Notes: generated from the sequence alone by a model not told the origin. A stretch of 64,000 bases of DNA from an uncultured Acidimicrobiia bacterium (GCA_963836205.1 CAWIIV010000014.1:128001-192000), one strand, 5' to 3'. Counted from the first letter of the stretch, positions 8,897 through 21,910 are shown. Translations and numbers: made by a program.

Positions 8897-10546
8897 TCAG
8901 TCAAGGGCGAGAAGGCGCTCGGCGGCGTCGGCGAGGGTGGCGTCGGCCGCCACCACCCGGCTGAAGAGCTCGCGCGCCCGGGGGGCGTCACCCGCCCGTT
9001 CGTGGAGGTCGGCGAGGGCGTACCAGAGGCGGAGGTGGTAGGGCCGGACCACCCGGCGGGGCTCGAGGGGGCCTCGCTCCAAGAGGCGGATCGCGCCCTT
9101 CACGTCGCCCCGGTCGGCCAGGGCCCCGGCGGCGACAATCCGGCCCTCGGCCATCAGCTCCGGCTCGGGCGACGCCTCCCGGAGCTCCTCCCACAGGGCG
9201 TCGACCTTGGCGTAGCGCCCGAGGGCGCGGTAACAGTCGGCCAGCACCGGGTGTTGCTCGAAGGACCCGGTCGCGGAACGGAACGCTTCCAGGTGGCGGG
9301 ACGCCTCCGCCCACCGGCCCAGCCGGTAACAGGCCAGCCCGGCCAACTCCCGCACCGAGGGGACCTCGGGCGCGTCGCGCAGAAGAGGCCGGAGCAGACG
9401 CATGGCGTCCTGGGGGCGGTCGCGCTCGAAGGCGGACGCCGCCTCCACCAGGCGAGCCTCCATTTTGACCGCAATCGGGGCACCGACGGCCCGGACGAGC
9501 TCGTCGGCCACCGGCTTGGGGGCCTTGCGCCGGGGCCGCTCTGGTGCAGGCGGGGGCCGACCGGTCGAGCCGGCCGGGGCGAGCGCGGCCGCGGTCTCCA
9601 CCGGGCCCTCCCTCTGCCAATCCTCCGGCTCCCACGCCGGCGGCGGCCCCCCTCGCTTGTCGTACTCGTCGTTGCGGGGCCGGTCGTCGGCCACCTGCAT
9701 GTTGTGGGCGCCCTTGCGGGCCAGACTCCCCCATCCCTTGGGACCGGGCGGCGACCACGGCCCGGCGTCGGCGGGACGTGCCCCTTGGCCGCGTGGGCTC
9801 CGACCACGGCTGTCGCTGTCACCGCCGCCGGTTGGCGGGCGGGGTGATCGAGGGTCGTCACCGCCGGACCGGGCCGGACCCCGTCCGGTCGACGTGGGAC
9901 GCCCGCGAACCGGCGGGCGGTCGGAGCGGGGGTCACGGGGCGACGACGATCCCGGGACTCGTCCTCCGCTCCACGCGCCGGAGTCGGCCGTGGGTGGTCG
10001 AGCGCCCCGGACCGGTCGACGCTCTCCATCGACGCCATCGGACGAGGGCCGAGCCGACGAGGATCGCCCTGTCGACGGACGAGGCGTCGAGGGCCGGGCT
10101 GACGAGGTTCGCCCCGGGAACGGTCGGTCTGAGGAGGGCCGCTCTGACGGCCGGTCTGAGGAGGGCCGGTCTGAGGACCGAGCCGACGACGGACGGGCTG
10201 ACGAGGACCGAGCCGAGGAGGGACGCCCCGACGAGGGACGGGCTGGCGACGGACGGGCTGGCGACGGACGGGCTGACGAGGCTCGAGGCGGCCGGGCCCC
10301 GGGCCCGGCGGCCGACGGGCGATCACTCCGGCTTGGTCGGCGCTCACCCTCGGACCCGGCCGACGGGCGAGGCCCCCGCCCGGTTGTCGCCGGTCGGCGC
10401 GACCCGGCATCGGCACTCCCACTCCCCGCTCGTCCGGCCTGGGGCCGGGCCCCGGAGGGCCGCTGGGTCCCTCGTGCCGGCGGTCGTCCGCCCTGACCGG
10501 CAGGGGGCGTCGGCTCGTCGTCGGGCCGGGGACGACGGGTAGCCAT
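8897..10546 (-). CDS. Tetratricopeptide-repeat protein with long low-complexity N-terminus
   Basis: C-terminal TPR-like helices (ELAGLACYRLGRWAEA, VLADCYRALG, LWYALADLHERAG); N-terminal S/A/R/P repeats. Confidence 0.8.
   Translation of the reverse strand: MATRRPRPDDEPTPPAGQGGRPPARGTQRPSGARPQAGRAGSGSADAGSRRPATTGRGPRPSAGSEGERRPSRSDRPSAAGPGARPPRASSARPSPARPSPARPSSGRPSSARSSSARPSSARSSDRPSSDRPSERPSSDRPFPGRTSSARPSTPRPSTGRSSSARPSSDGVDGERRPVRGARPPTADSGAWSGGRVPGSSSPRDPRSDRPPVRGRPTSTGRGPARSGGDDPRSPRPPTGGGDSDSRGRSPRGQGARPADAGPWSPPGPKGWGSLARKGAHNMQVADDRPRNDEYDKRGGPPPAWEPEDWQREGPVETAAALAPAGSTGRPPPAPERPRRKAPKPVADELVRAVGAPIAVKMEARLVEAASAFERDRPQDAMRLLRPLLRDAPEVPSVRELAGLACYRLGRWAEASRHLEAFRSATGSFEQHPVLADCYRALGRYAKVDALWEELREASPEPELMAEGRIVAAGALADRGDVKGAIRLLERGPLEPRRVVRPYHLRLWYALADLHERAGDAPRARELFSRVVAADATLADAAERLLALD
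10021..10285. repeat. Degenerate 15-bp tandem repeats encoding (S/P)ARPS pentapeptides
   Basis: SSARPS/SPARPS/SSDRPS series in the translation. Confidence 0.75.
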
Positions 10547-10570
10547 GCTTTGCAGACTACCTACGAACGC

Positions 10571-10601
10571 GGAGAAGGCTCCCCGACGGGGAGCCTTCTC
10601 C
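10571..10601 (-). terminator. Hairpin downstream of 5S rRNA (rrn terminator)
   Basis: GGAGAAGGCTCCCC-gac-GGGGAGCCTTCTCC, a perfect 14-bp stem. Confidence 0.75.
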
Positions 10602-10608
10602 TGAAGAA

Positions 10609-10726
<118 letters not shown>

Positions 10727-10915
10727 ACCTGTTGTCAACGGGATTTCTCCCGAGAACTTGATAGCGAGCACAAGCAAAAATATCCCCAAGCCCTCGGCCG
10801 ATTAGTACCGGTCGGCTGAAGACCTTGCGATCCTTACACCTCCGGCCTATCAACGTGGTCATCTGGCCACGGGCCTTACCAGGTTAACCCTGTGGGAGAT
10901 TTCATCTTGGAACGA

Positions 10916-10947
<32 letters not shown>

Positions 10948-11064
10948 CACCCGCAGGTCGCTAACCAGCCGTGCCCTTGGCAGGACAACTGGCACACGAG
11001 AGCTGCGTCCGTCCCGGTCCTCTCGTACTAGGGACAGCCTTCCTCAAATCTCCTACGGCTGCGA

Positions 11065-11096
<32 letters not shown>

Positions 11097-11112
11097 AAAC
11101 CCAGCTCGCGTA

Positions 11113-11146
<34 letters not shown>

Positions 11147-11156
11147 GATGCTTCAC

Positions 11157-11195
<39 letters not shown>

Positions 11196-11731
11196 TCCCG
11201 TCGATATGGACTCTTGGGGAAGATGAGCCTGTTATCCCCGGGGTACCTTTTATCCGTTGAGCGACGGCGCTTCCACACGCTACCGCCGGATCACTATGCC
11301 CTGCTTTCGCACCTGCTTGACGTGTTTGTCTCGCAGTCAAGCTCCCTTGTGCCATTGCACTCGACGGCTGATTGCCAACCAGCCTGAGGGAACCTTTGGG
11401 CACCTCCGTTACATTTTAGGAGGTGACCGCCCCAGTCAAACTACCCAGCTGCCGCTGTCCCCGATCCGGATAACGGACCTGGGTTAGAGCCCCAGTACGA
11501 ACAGGGTGGTATTTCAACGTTGGCTCCACCACGGCTGGCGCCGCAGCTTCCTAGCCTCCCACCTATCCTACACAATCCGTACCAAAGCTCAACATCAGCC
11601 TATAGTAAAGGTCCACGGGGTCTTTCCGTCCTGTCGCAGCTACCGAGCATCTTTACTCGGAGTTCAATTTCGCCGGGTCAGTGGTTGAGACAGTAGCCAA
11701 GTCGTTACGCCATTCGTGCAGGTCGGAACTT

Positions 11732-12109
<378 letters not shown>

Positions 12110-12844
12110 CCCTATATCCCCATATCGCTATGAGGGGTGGACCATATCTTCATCCGTCAGCTTCGATGACGGAGCTCTGCGTATGGCCTCTGAGGATTCC
12201 CAACACCTCAACACACCGATGATCTGCTCATCGGTGCGGCGTCGCTTGCCACCGCGGTTCATCGGGCTCCTCAATGCGAGGATTTCGATGATGCCTGCGG
12301 GTAGCAGGTGACGATCTGACTGGACGAGGCTCGTGATCTGACGGAAGACCGCCAGGTCGTTGGCCTTGGGGCCGCGCAACGGAAAGCGCTCGAAGAACGG
12401 GAAGACCCGCACCGCGAGCTCCGTCGGCCTTGTGACTTCAAAGTAGAAGACACCATCGCCGCGGCCTCGCACCGTTCCCACTCCGAAGGTCTGCCGCAGA
12501 AACGATGGCGCTTCTGGACCGACCTGCGAAACGTTGAACGACAGCGAGACCCGCCATGGCAGGCCACGGTCACCACTCCGACGGATGGGAACGTTGAAGC
12601 TTCCTTCTCCATCGACGAATCCCGCGATGTAGTGACCTACATCGGATGGAATCCGGTCCAACCAGTTCGAGGACCTGGGCCTTTCCTGCTGATTGTCCGC
12701 ACCGATCGGATTGTCACTGCTCACCCCACACACTCTACAAAGAGGGTGCGACATGAACGAGTACCGTCGGATACACGGGGTTTCCAGCATATAGCAGAGT
12801 TTTTGTCTGGCGGATTACTCCACCAGGGCCGCAACTTGGACCTT
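12110..12844 (-). mobile_element. Group I intron in 23S rRNA after U1911 (helix 69), 735 nt, with homing endonuclease
   Basis: Interrupts GGCGGCCGU^AACUAUAACGGUCC. P1 is GGCCGUAA/UUGCGGCC with U.G; core elements P AUGCUGGAAA, Q AAUCAGCAGG, R UCAGAGGCCAUA, S AAGAUAUGGUC; terminal G. Confidence 0.9.
12128..12790 (-). CDS. Single-motif LAGLIDADG homing endonuclease (intron-encoded; real start uncertain)
   Basis: YIAGFVDGEGSF motif, FNVSQ, and PFFERFPLRGPKANDLAVF. Confidence 0.92.
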   Translation of the reverse strand: MLETPCIRRYSFMSHPLCRVCGVSSDNPIGADNQQERPRSSNWLDRIPSDVGHYIAGFVDGEGSFNVPIRRSGDRGLPWRVSLSFNVSQVGPEAPSFLRQTFGVGTVRGRGDGVFYFEVTRPTELAVRVFPFFERFPLRGPKANDLAVFRQITSLVQSDRHLLPAGIIEILALRSPMNRGGKRRRTDEQIIGVLRCWESSEAIRRAPSSKLTDEDMVHPS

Positions 12845-13715
12845 ACGGCCGCCGTTTACTGGGGCTTAGGTTCAGAGCTTCGCCCTTGCGGACTAACCCT
12901 TCCCCGTAACCTTCCAGCACCGGGCAGGCGTCACAGCGTATACATCGTCTTACGACTTCGCACGCTGCTGTGTTTTTAGTAAACAGTCGCTTGGCCCTGC
13001 TCTCTGCGACCTCCTCGAGCTCGGCACGCGAAGTGCTTCACCCTAATGAGGCCCTCCTTCTCCCGAAGTTACGGAGGTATTTTGCCGAGTTCCTTAACCA
13101 CTGTTCTCCCGATCGCCTTGGTATTCTCTACCTGCCCACCTGCGTCGGTTTGGGGTACGGGCACCATGTCAGCTCGCTAGAGGCTTTTCTCGGCAGCATG
13201 GGATCAGTCACTTCGCCTGAAACGGCTCGGCATCGCGTCTCAGAGTATATGAAGCCCGGATTTGCCTAGGCTTCCTCCTACACGCTTACCCCGGGACAAC
13301 CAACGCCCGGGTTGACCTACCCTCCTGCGTCTCCCCATTGCTGTCCGCCACGGAAAGGGTCGGTTCGTCTCCCGAAGGAAACAAGCCCCTTAGCATTTCC
13401 GTCTTGGAATGGGCGCGGACACGGTGGTACTGGAATATCAACCAGTTGTGCATCGACTACGCCTCTCGGCCTCGCCTTAGCTCCCGACTCACCCTGGGCG
13501 GATTAGCCTTCCCCAGGAACCCTTGGGCATTCGGCGGACGAGTTTCTCACTCGTCTTTCGCTACTCATGCCGGCATTCGCTCTCGAACGCGCTCCACGAC
13601 GGTTTCCACCCCCGCTTCACGGCACGCTCGACGCTCCCCTACCACTTCTGCGCAAGCGCAGAAATCCGCAGCTTCGGCTCTAGGCTTGAGCCCCGTTACA
13701 TTGTCCGCGCGGGAC

Positions 13716-13746
<31 letters not shown>

Positions 13747-13747
13747 T

Positions 13748-13790
<43 letters not shown>

Positions 13791-14799
13791 TCCCACATCG
13801 TTTCCCACTTAGCCTAGAATTTGGGGCCTTAGCTGGCGGTCTGGGCTGTTTCCCTCTCGACCATGAAGCTCATCCCCCATGGTCTCACTGCCGGGCTGTG
13901 AGCATTGGCATTCGGAGTTTGATTGGGGTCGGTAAGCTTGTAGGCCCCCTAACCCATTCAGTGCTCTACCTCCAATGCTGATCACCCGACGCTGCACCTA
14001 AATGCATTTCGGGGAGAACCAGCTATCACCGAGTTTGCTTGGCCTTTCACCCCTATCCACAAGTCATCCCCCATGTTTTCAACCATGGTGGGTTCGGTCC
14101 TCCACGGGGTCTTACCCCCGCTTCAACCTGCCCATGGATAGATCACTCGGCTTCGGGTCTACCGCAAGCGACTGAACGCCCTATTCAGACTCGCTTTCGC
14201 TCCGGCTCCCCCTCACGGGTTAACCTTGCCACTTACGGTAACTCGCCGGCTCATTCTTCAAAAGGCACGCCATCACGGCCTTGTGGGCGAACCCACAAGA
14301 CGACGCTCTGACTGTTTGTAAGCCAACGGTTTCAGGTACTATTTCACTCCCCTCCCGGGGTGCTTTTCACCTTTCCCTCACGGTACTAGTTCGCTATCGG
14401 TCGCCTGAAAGTACTTAGCCTTACGAGGTGGTCCTCGCAGATTCACGCCGACCTTCCCGGGTCCGGCGCTACTTGGGATGACGATCTGAGTCTGAATACC
14501 TTTCGCATACGGGGCTCTTACCCACTACGGCGCGACGTTCCAGAACGCTTCTGCTAGGCATCAGATTTGTAACTCAGTTCGTGGGTCTGGTGCCCCACGC
14601 TATCGGTCCCGCAACCCCGAACTGGCAACGCCACCAGGCTATTGCACCAATCCGGTTTAGGCTCTTCCCGTTTCGCTCGCCGCTACTCAGGGAGTCGCAT
14701 TTGCTTTCCTTTCCACAGGGTACTGAGATGTTTCAGTTCCCCCGGTTCCCTCTACCCGCCCTATATATTCAGGCGGGAGTAACGCCCCATGACGGGCGC

Positions 14800-14831
<32 letters not shown>

Positions 14832-15126
14832 AGCTTGGTCGGCAGCTCCCCGTAGCTTTTCGCAGCCACCCACGTCCTTCATCGGCTTCAGGCGCCAAGG
14901 CATCCACCGTTGGCTCTTTGTAGCTTGGAGAATCAAAGATGCTCGTGCTCGCTATGAAGTTCTCAAGAGGCCGACGAATCGGCACCGAAGGCGCCTTCGA
15001 CTCGTCGGAACAGACAAGCGGTCAGCGCCGAAGGCGCTGGCATTGCCTTTGCTGGCTGGAGACGCCAACGGCCGCCCCTCGAAAGGAGCGGCGCGGGGAC
15101 GACCCCGAAGGGGGCGAGTGCCCCCA

Positions 15127-15144
15127 GAAAACGGAACAGAGACA
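15127..15144 (-). other. 3' strand of the 16S processing stem (pairs with leader 17034-17051)
   Basis: 18-nt perfect inverted complement: GAAAACGGAACAGAGACA / TGTCTCTGTTCCGTTTTC. Confidence 0.75.
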
Positions 15145-15301
15145 TGCGAGAAACAAACGTCGAGGCCGACCCGGAATGGGTCGTCTACCTCGGCGGTCCT
15201 TCCAGCGAGACCTTGCGGTCGGGCCGGTCGACCAGTGATCAACTGGGAGTCCTCGAGTGACGAAACCTCAGTGAAGAGGCCTCGTGTCGAGCAGTAAGAC
15301 T

Positions 15302-16832
<1,531 letters not shown>

Positions 16833-17206
16833 GACCTCAGGCCAGCTGTCCCCCCAAAAAATGAGTGGGCAACCAACCGTGAAATCGGAGAGCCAGGCCG
16901 CGGAGTGACTGAACTCCTTGGCCCGACTGGCACAGAGCGGTTTGTGGCGTCTGGATCGCTCCAGACGCGTTGTCCGTTCAGTGCTTGAAACTGATGCGAT
17001 CGCACGCGATCGCCCGCACTGGCGTTTACAAGCTGTCTCTGTTCCGTTTTCAAGGAGCGCTGGCCAGGGGGGCACGCGTCGGAGACGGTGGTGCACTCCT
17101 GTCTGGTCGAGGGTTGCGGGCAGAACTCGCACTTCCTCGGCACTCGGACCTCTCACCTGCTCGCAGCCCTGGGTCTCCCCGAGGCCGCAGTCCGGCGCAA
17201 TTGCCT

Positions 17207-17235
17207 AACGTACCACCGCGGGTGCCTCTTGGCAA
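17207..17235 (-). promoter_or_regulatory. Sigma70/SigA-type rRNA promoter
   Basis: TTGCCA-17 nt-TACGTT with extended TGn, upstream of the rrn leader. Confidence 0.7.
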
Positions 17236-17259
17236 CCGGGCGGGGCGTGCACGGACCCC

Positions 17260-18531
17260 TCAGACGAAGCGCACCAAGTGGTAGCTGCGCTTGCCCCGCC
17301 GGAGCACGAGGTACGAACCTACCAGCAGATCGGAAGGCCCCAGTCGCCGGTCGACGTCGGCCTCCCGCCGGTTGTTGACGTACACCCCGCCCTGGTCGAT
17401 CGCCGTCCGCGCTGCCGACTTCGACGCCACCAGCCCGGTGTCCACCAGCAGCTCCACCAGGCCGAGGCCGTCGCCGTCGAGCTCGGCCCGCGGCCGCGAG
17501 GTCGCGGGAGCCTCCGCGAACACCTCCAGCAGGGTCGGCCCGTCGAGTCCGTCCAACTCGCCGCCGAACAGCGCCGCCGCCGCCTGCTCCGCGGCGACGG
17601 CGGCATCCCGCCCGTGTACGGCCGTCGTCACCTCCCGGGCCAGCACCCGCTGCGCCTCCCGCCGCTCGGGGTGCTCCGCCACCGCCGCCTCCAGCTCCTC
17701 GATGCGGGCGCGGCCGAGCCACGTGAACAGGCGCAGGTAACGGCCGACGTCGGCGTCGCCCACCCGCAGCCAGAACTGGAAGAACTCGTAGGGGCTGGTG
17801 CGGGCGGGGTCGAGCCAGAGGTTGCCGCCCTCGCTCTTGCCGAACTTCGATCCGTCGGCCCGCGTGACCAGGGGGAACGTCATCCCGTAGGCCTGGACGC
17901 GGGAGCGGCGATGGATGAGGTCGATGCCGGCGGTGATGTTCCCCCACTGGTCGCTGCCGCCGACCTGGAGCCGGCAGCCGCGATGCTCGCACAGGTGCCA
18001 GAAGTCGTAGGCCTGGAGCAGCATGTAGGAGAACTCCTTGTAGGAGATCCCCTGGTCGCGCTCGAGGCGGGCCCGCACCGAGTCCTTGGCCATCATGTCG
18101 TTGACCCGGAAGTGGCCGCCGACGTCGCGCAGGAAGTCGGTGAGGCGCAGCGGACGCAGCCAGTCGGCATTGTCGACCAGGTCGATCTCGGTGCCGACGA
18201 TCCGCTCCACCTGCCGGCGAATGCCCTCGGCGTTGGCCCGGATCTGGTCATCCGCCAGCATGGGGCGCTCGGCGTCCTTGCCGCTGGGGTCGCCGACCAG
18301 GGTGGTGCCGCCGCCGAGCAGCACGATCGGACGATGCCCCGCCCGCTGCAACCGGGCGGTGACCATCAGCGGCAGGAGGCTGCCCACGTGCAGGCTGTCG
18401 GCGGTGGCGTCGAAGCCGACGTAGAAGGTGAGCGGCTTCCCCCCCAGCCGGGTGCCGAGCTCGGGGTCGGTGACCTGGGCCACCATGCCCCGCCACTCCA
18501 ACTCCTCGAACACGCCCGACGTGGCCCGCAC
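17260..18531 (-). CDS. tyrS: Tyrosine--tRNA ligase
   Basis: YVGFDATADSLHVGS (HIGH-like), QVGGSDQWGNI, KFGKS, C-terminal S4 domain. Confidence 0.97.
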   Translation of the reverse strand: MRATSGVFEELEWRGMVAQVTDPELGTRLGGKPLTFYVGFDATADSLHVGSLLPLMVTARLQRAGHRPIVLLGGGTTLVGDPSGKDAERPMLADDQIRANAEGIRRQVERIVGTEIDLVDNADWLRPLRLTDFLRDVGGHFRVNDMMAKDSVRARLERDQGISYKEFSYMLLQAYDFWHLCEHRGCRLQVGGSDQWGNITAGIDLIHRRSRVQAYGMTFPLVTRADGSKFGKSEGGNLWLDPARTSPYEFFQFWLRVGDADVGRYLRLFTWLGRARIEELEAAVAEHPERREAQRVLAREVTTAVHGRDAAVAAEQAAAALFGGELDGLDGPTLLEVFAEAPATSRPRAELDGDGLGLVELLVDTGLVASKSAARTAIDQGGVYVNNRREADVDRRLGPSDLLVGSYLVLRRGKRSYHLVRFV

Positions 18532-18708
18532 CGCGGCACCGTACCCCGCTCCCGACCGACCACCTCGGGTTTGGTCCCCCGCCCGTAGGCGCAGGCGACC
18601 GTCGGGTCGGCGACGACCAAGGCAGGTCGCCCTTGCGACGGGTGGGGGAGCGGACGCCGTCGGCGGCGGGTGCCGGCGCGAGCGACGCGAGCGTCCCTGC
18701 CGGTCGGC

Positions 18709-19299
18709 TCAGCCGGGGCGGGACAGGCCGGGGGCGCCGGAGACGTAGTAGCGCCAGGGGCGCTCGGTTGCCACCCGGATGCCGACGCGGGCGCTGGATG
18801 CGACCGCCAGGGGCGGCGGCGTCCCGTCGTCGGCGACCACCACGCCCCGGTCGCCTGTCACCAGGTCGGCGCCGTCGAGCGCCCGGTCGATCCCGAGGGC
18901 CAGACAGAGGCGGGCGGGTCCGGCACACAGGTCCCGTTCACGATGGCACCGAGGGCGGACCGTCCACATCTCGTCGACGCCGTTCACCGGGGTCAGGCCC
19001 CGGAGGAGCACGGCCGACGCCTCCCCCTCGGCGCCACAGACCACGTTGGCGCAGAAGTGCATCCCGTAGGTGAAGTAGACGTAGAGGTGCCCGGGCGGAC
19101 CGAACATGGTCGCGTTGCGGGCGGTGCGGCCCCGGAAGGCATGGCTGGCGGGGTCGTCGGCGCCGCAGTAGGCCTCCACCTCCACGATCCGACCGGCCCG
19201 ACCGTCGCCCACCACCAGCAGCTTGTTGAGCAGGTCGGGGGCGACCTCCAGGCTGGGCCGGCGGTAGAAGTCCCGGGCCAGGGCACCCGCCTCGGTCAA
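18709..19299 (-). CDS. DNA-3-methyladenine glycosylase (MPG/AAG family)
   Basis: GRIVEVEAY, DPASHAF, GHLYVYFTYGMHFC and GPARLC; TTG start overlaps the argH stop. Confidence 0.92.
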   Translation of the reverse strand: MTEAGALARDFYRRPSLEVAPDLLNKLLVVGDGRAGRIVEVEAYCGADDPASHAFRGRTARNATMFGPPGHLYVYFTYGMHFCANVVCGAEGEASAVLLRGLTPVNGVDEMWTVRPRCHRERDLCAGPARLCLALGIDRALDGADLVTGDRGVVVADDGTPPPLAVASSARVGIRVATERPWRYYVSGAPGLSRPG

Positions 19300-20684
19300 C
19301 CGCGGGCCAGCCGTTCCCCGTCGAGGTCCAGTCGGGACCGGAAGCGGCGCAGCTGCTCGGCCACCGGACCCGGTCCGGCCCCGCCCGGCGTGGTGCGGCG
19401 GGTGACGGGGACCCCCGGCTCCAGCAGGCCCACCGCGTCGGCCCCCAGGTGGGGCGAGGCCGCCACCAGCTCGGCCAGGGGGACGTGGCGGTCGAGCGAT
19501 TCCCGCACCAACTCGGCCACGATCCCGTGGGCGGCCCGGAAGGCCACCCCCCGCACCACCATCCACTCGGCCAGGTCGACCGCGGCCGCCTCGGGCGAGT
19601 CGGCGGCCGCGGCCATACGGCGGACGTCGAAGCGGGCGGTGTCGAGCAGCCCGGTGAGGGCGAGCAGGCCCAGACCCATCTGGTCGACCGAATCGAAGAG
19701 CGGTTCCTTGTCCTCCTGGAGGTCGCGGTTGTAGGCGAGGGGCAGGCCTTTGAGGGCCACCAACATCGCCATCAGGTTCCCGATGAGCCGGCCCGCCTTG
19801 CCCCGGGCCAGCTCGGCCACGTCGGGGTTCTTCTTCTGGGGCAGCATCGAGCTGCCGGTGGCCCACTCGTCGGCCAGGCGGAGGAAGCCGAACTCGCCGC
19901 TCGACCACAGCACCACCTCCTCCCCGATCCGGGACAGGTGGATGCCGAGCAGGGCCAAGGCGAACAGGGACTCGGCCACGAAGTCGCGGTCGCCCACCGC
20001 GTCGAGCGAGTTGTCGAAGGTGGCCGCGAAGCCGAGGTCGCGGGCGGTGCCCACCGGGTCGAGGGGCAAGGACGAACCGGCCAACGCCCCCGCCCCGAGG
20101 GGGGACACGTCGACCCGGCGACGGGCGTCGAGCAGACGGTCGACATCGCGGGCCAGGGCCCATCCATGGGCCAGCAGGTGGTGGGCCAAGAGCACCGGCT
20201 GGGCCCGCTGGAGGTGGGTGTAGCCGGGGAGGTAGACCCCCTTGTCGAGGGCCCACTCGGCCCGGCCCAGCAGGACCCGCTGGAGGCCGATCACCTGGCG
20301 GGCGACGGTGACCAGCTCCCGCTTCGTCCACAGCCGCAGGTCGGTGGCCACCTGGTCGTTGCGGCTGCGGCCGGTGTGGAGCTTTGCCCCCGCGGGGCCG
20401 GCCAGCTCGGTGACCCGGCGCTCGACCGCGGTGTGCACGTCCTCGTCGCCGGGGCCGAAGCGGAAGGTGCCCTCCGCCAGCTCCTCGCCCACGGTGTCGA
20501 GGGCCTCGAGGATCGAGGCGGCTTCTTCACCGGTGAGCAGACCCCCCCGCTGGAGGCCCCGCACGTGGGCCTTGGAGCCGGCCACGTCGTCGGCCGCCAG
20601 CCGGACGTCGACCGGCAGGCTGGCGGTGAAGGCCATGAGGCCGTCGGCCGCCTCGGCGTCGAACCGTCCCTGCCAGAGGGTCAC
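19296..20684 (-). CDS. argH: Argininosuccinate lyase
   Basis: LWQGRF, HTGRSRNDQ, PGYTHLQRAQP, GSSMLPQKKNPD. Confidence 0.97.
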   Translation of the reverse strand: MTLWQGRFDAEAADGLMAFTASLPVDVRLAADDVAGSKAHVRGLQRGGLLTGEEAASILEALDTVGEELAEGTFRFGPGDEDVHTAVERRVTELAGPAGAKLHTGRSRNDQVATDLRLWTKRELVTVARQVIGLQRVLLGRAEWALDKGVYLPGYTHLQRAQPVLLAHHLLAHGWALARDVDRLLDARRRVDVSPLGAGALAGSSLPLDPVGTARDLGFAATFDNSLDAVGDRDFVAESLFALALLGIHLSRIGEEVVLWSSGEFGFLRLADEWATGSSMLPQKKNPDVAELARGKAGRLIGNLMAMLVALKGLPLAYNRDLQEDKEPLFDSVDQMGLGLLALTGLLDTARFDVRRMAAAADSPEAAAVDLAEWMVVRGVAFRAAHGIVAELVRESLDRHVPLAELVAASPHLGADAVGLLEPGVPVTRRTTPGGAGPGPVAEQLRRFRSRLDLDGERLARG

Positions 20685-21907
20685 GAGCCCCCGTCGCCGG
20701 AGCCGGAGCCGGAGTCGCCGCGCACCTGGCGGCTGGCCCAGGTCTGCACGCCCAGTCCCCAGAGGCGGACGAAGCCGGCGGCGTCGTCGTGGTTGAAGGT
20801 GTCGGACGCGTCGTAGGTGGCCAGCCCGTGGTCGTAGAGGCCGACCGGGCTGCGGCGGCCGACCACCTCGCACCGGCCGGAGGCGCAGCGCAGGCGAACG
20901 TCGCCCGTCACGTAGGTCTGGCTCTCGTCGACGAAGGCGTCGATGGCCTGCTTGAGGGGGGAGAACCACATCCCGTCGTAGACCAGCTCCGCCCACCTCG
21001 GTTCGAGACGGAGCTTCTCGTGGGCCAGGTCGTGCTCGAGGGTGAGCCCCTCCAGGTCCTGGTGGGCGTGGATGAGGGCGAGGGCGCCGGGGGCCTCGTA
21101 GACCTCCCGGCTCTTGATGCCTACCCGGCGGTTCTCGACCATGTCGATCCGTCCCCAGCCGTAGGAGCCGACGACTCCGCCGACGGCCGGGATCAGCTCG
21201 TGGAGGGCCATCCGCACCCCGTCGACCGCCACCGGGAGGCCGGTCTCGAAGCTGATCGTCAGCTCGGTGGGCTCGGTGGCGGTGGGCACCGTCATGGCGA
21301 AGACGTCCTCCGGCGGCTGGGCCCAGGGGTCCTCGATGATGCCGCACTCGATGGCCCGGCCCCACAGGTTCTCGTCGATGGAGTAGAGGCTGGTCTTGCT
21401 GGCCCGGATGGGGATGCCGTGGCGGTGGGCGTAGTGGAGGGAGTCCTCCCGGGTCATCCCCCACTCCCGCACCGGGGCCAAGACCTCCAGGTCGGGGGCC
21501 AGGGCCCGGGTGGAGACCTCGAAGCGGACCTGGTCGTTGCCCTTGCCGGTGCACCCGTGGGCGACGGCGTCGGCGCCGAACTCCCGGGCCGCGGCCACCA
21601 GGTGCTTGACGATCACCGGCCGGGAGAGCGACGACACCAACGGGTAGCGGCCCTCGTACAGGGCGTTGGCCTTGAGCGCGGGGGCGACGAAGTCAGCCGC
21701 GTACTCGGCCTTGCAGTCGACGACCAAGGCCTCGATGGCGCCCGCGGCCAGGGCCCGCTCCTTGAGGGTCTCGGGCGAGTCGGATGCGCCCTGGCCCACG
21801 TCGGCGGCGAGGGCGATCACCTCCACGCCCTTCTCCTCGATCAGCCAGCGGACGGCGACCGAGGTGTCGAGCCCCCCCGAGTACGCCAACACGACACGCT
21901 TGGCCAC
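20681..21907 (-). CDS. argG: Argininosuccinate synthase
   Basis: LAYSGGLDTS, HGCTGKGNDQVRFE. Confidence 0.98.
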   Translation of the reverse strand: MAKRVVLAYSGGLDTSVAVRWLIEEKGVEVIALAADVGQGASDSPETLKERALAAGAIEALVVDCKAEYAADFVAPALKANALYEGRYPLVSSLSRPVIVKHLVAAAREFGADAVAHGCTGKGNDQVRFEVSTRALAPDLEVLAPVREWGMTREDSLHYAHRHGIPIRASKTSLYSIDENLWGRAIECGIIEDPWAQPPEDVFAMTVPTATEPTELTISFETGLPVAVDGVRMALHELIPAVGGVVGSYGWGRIDMVENRRVGIKSREVYEAPGALALIHAHQDLEGLTLEHDLAHEKLRLEPRWAELVYDGMWFSPLKQAIDAFVDESQTYVTGDVRLRCASGRCEVVGRRSPVGLYDHGLATYDASDTFNHDDAAGFVRLWGLGVQTWASRQVRGDSGSGSGDGGS

Positions 21908-21910
21908 AGG

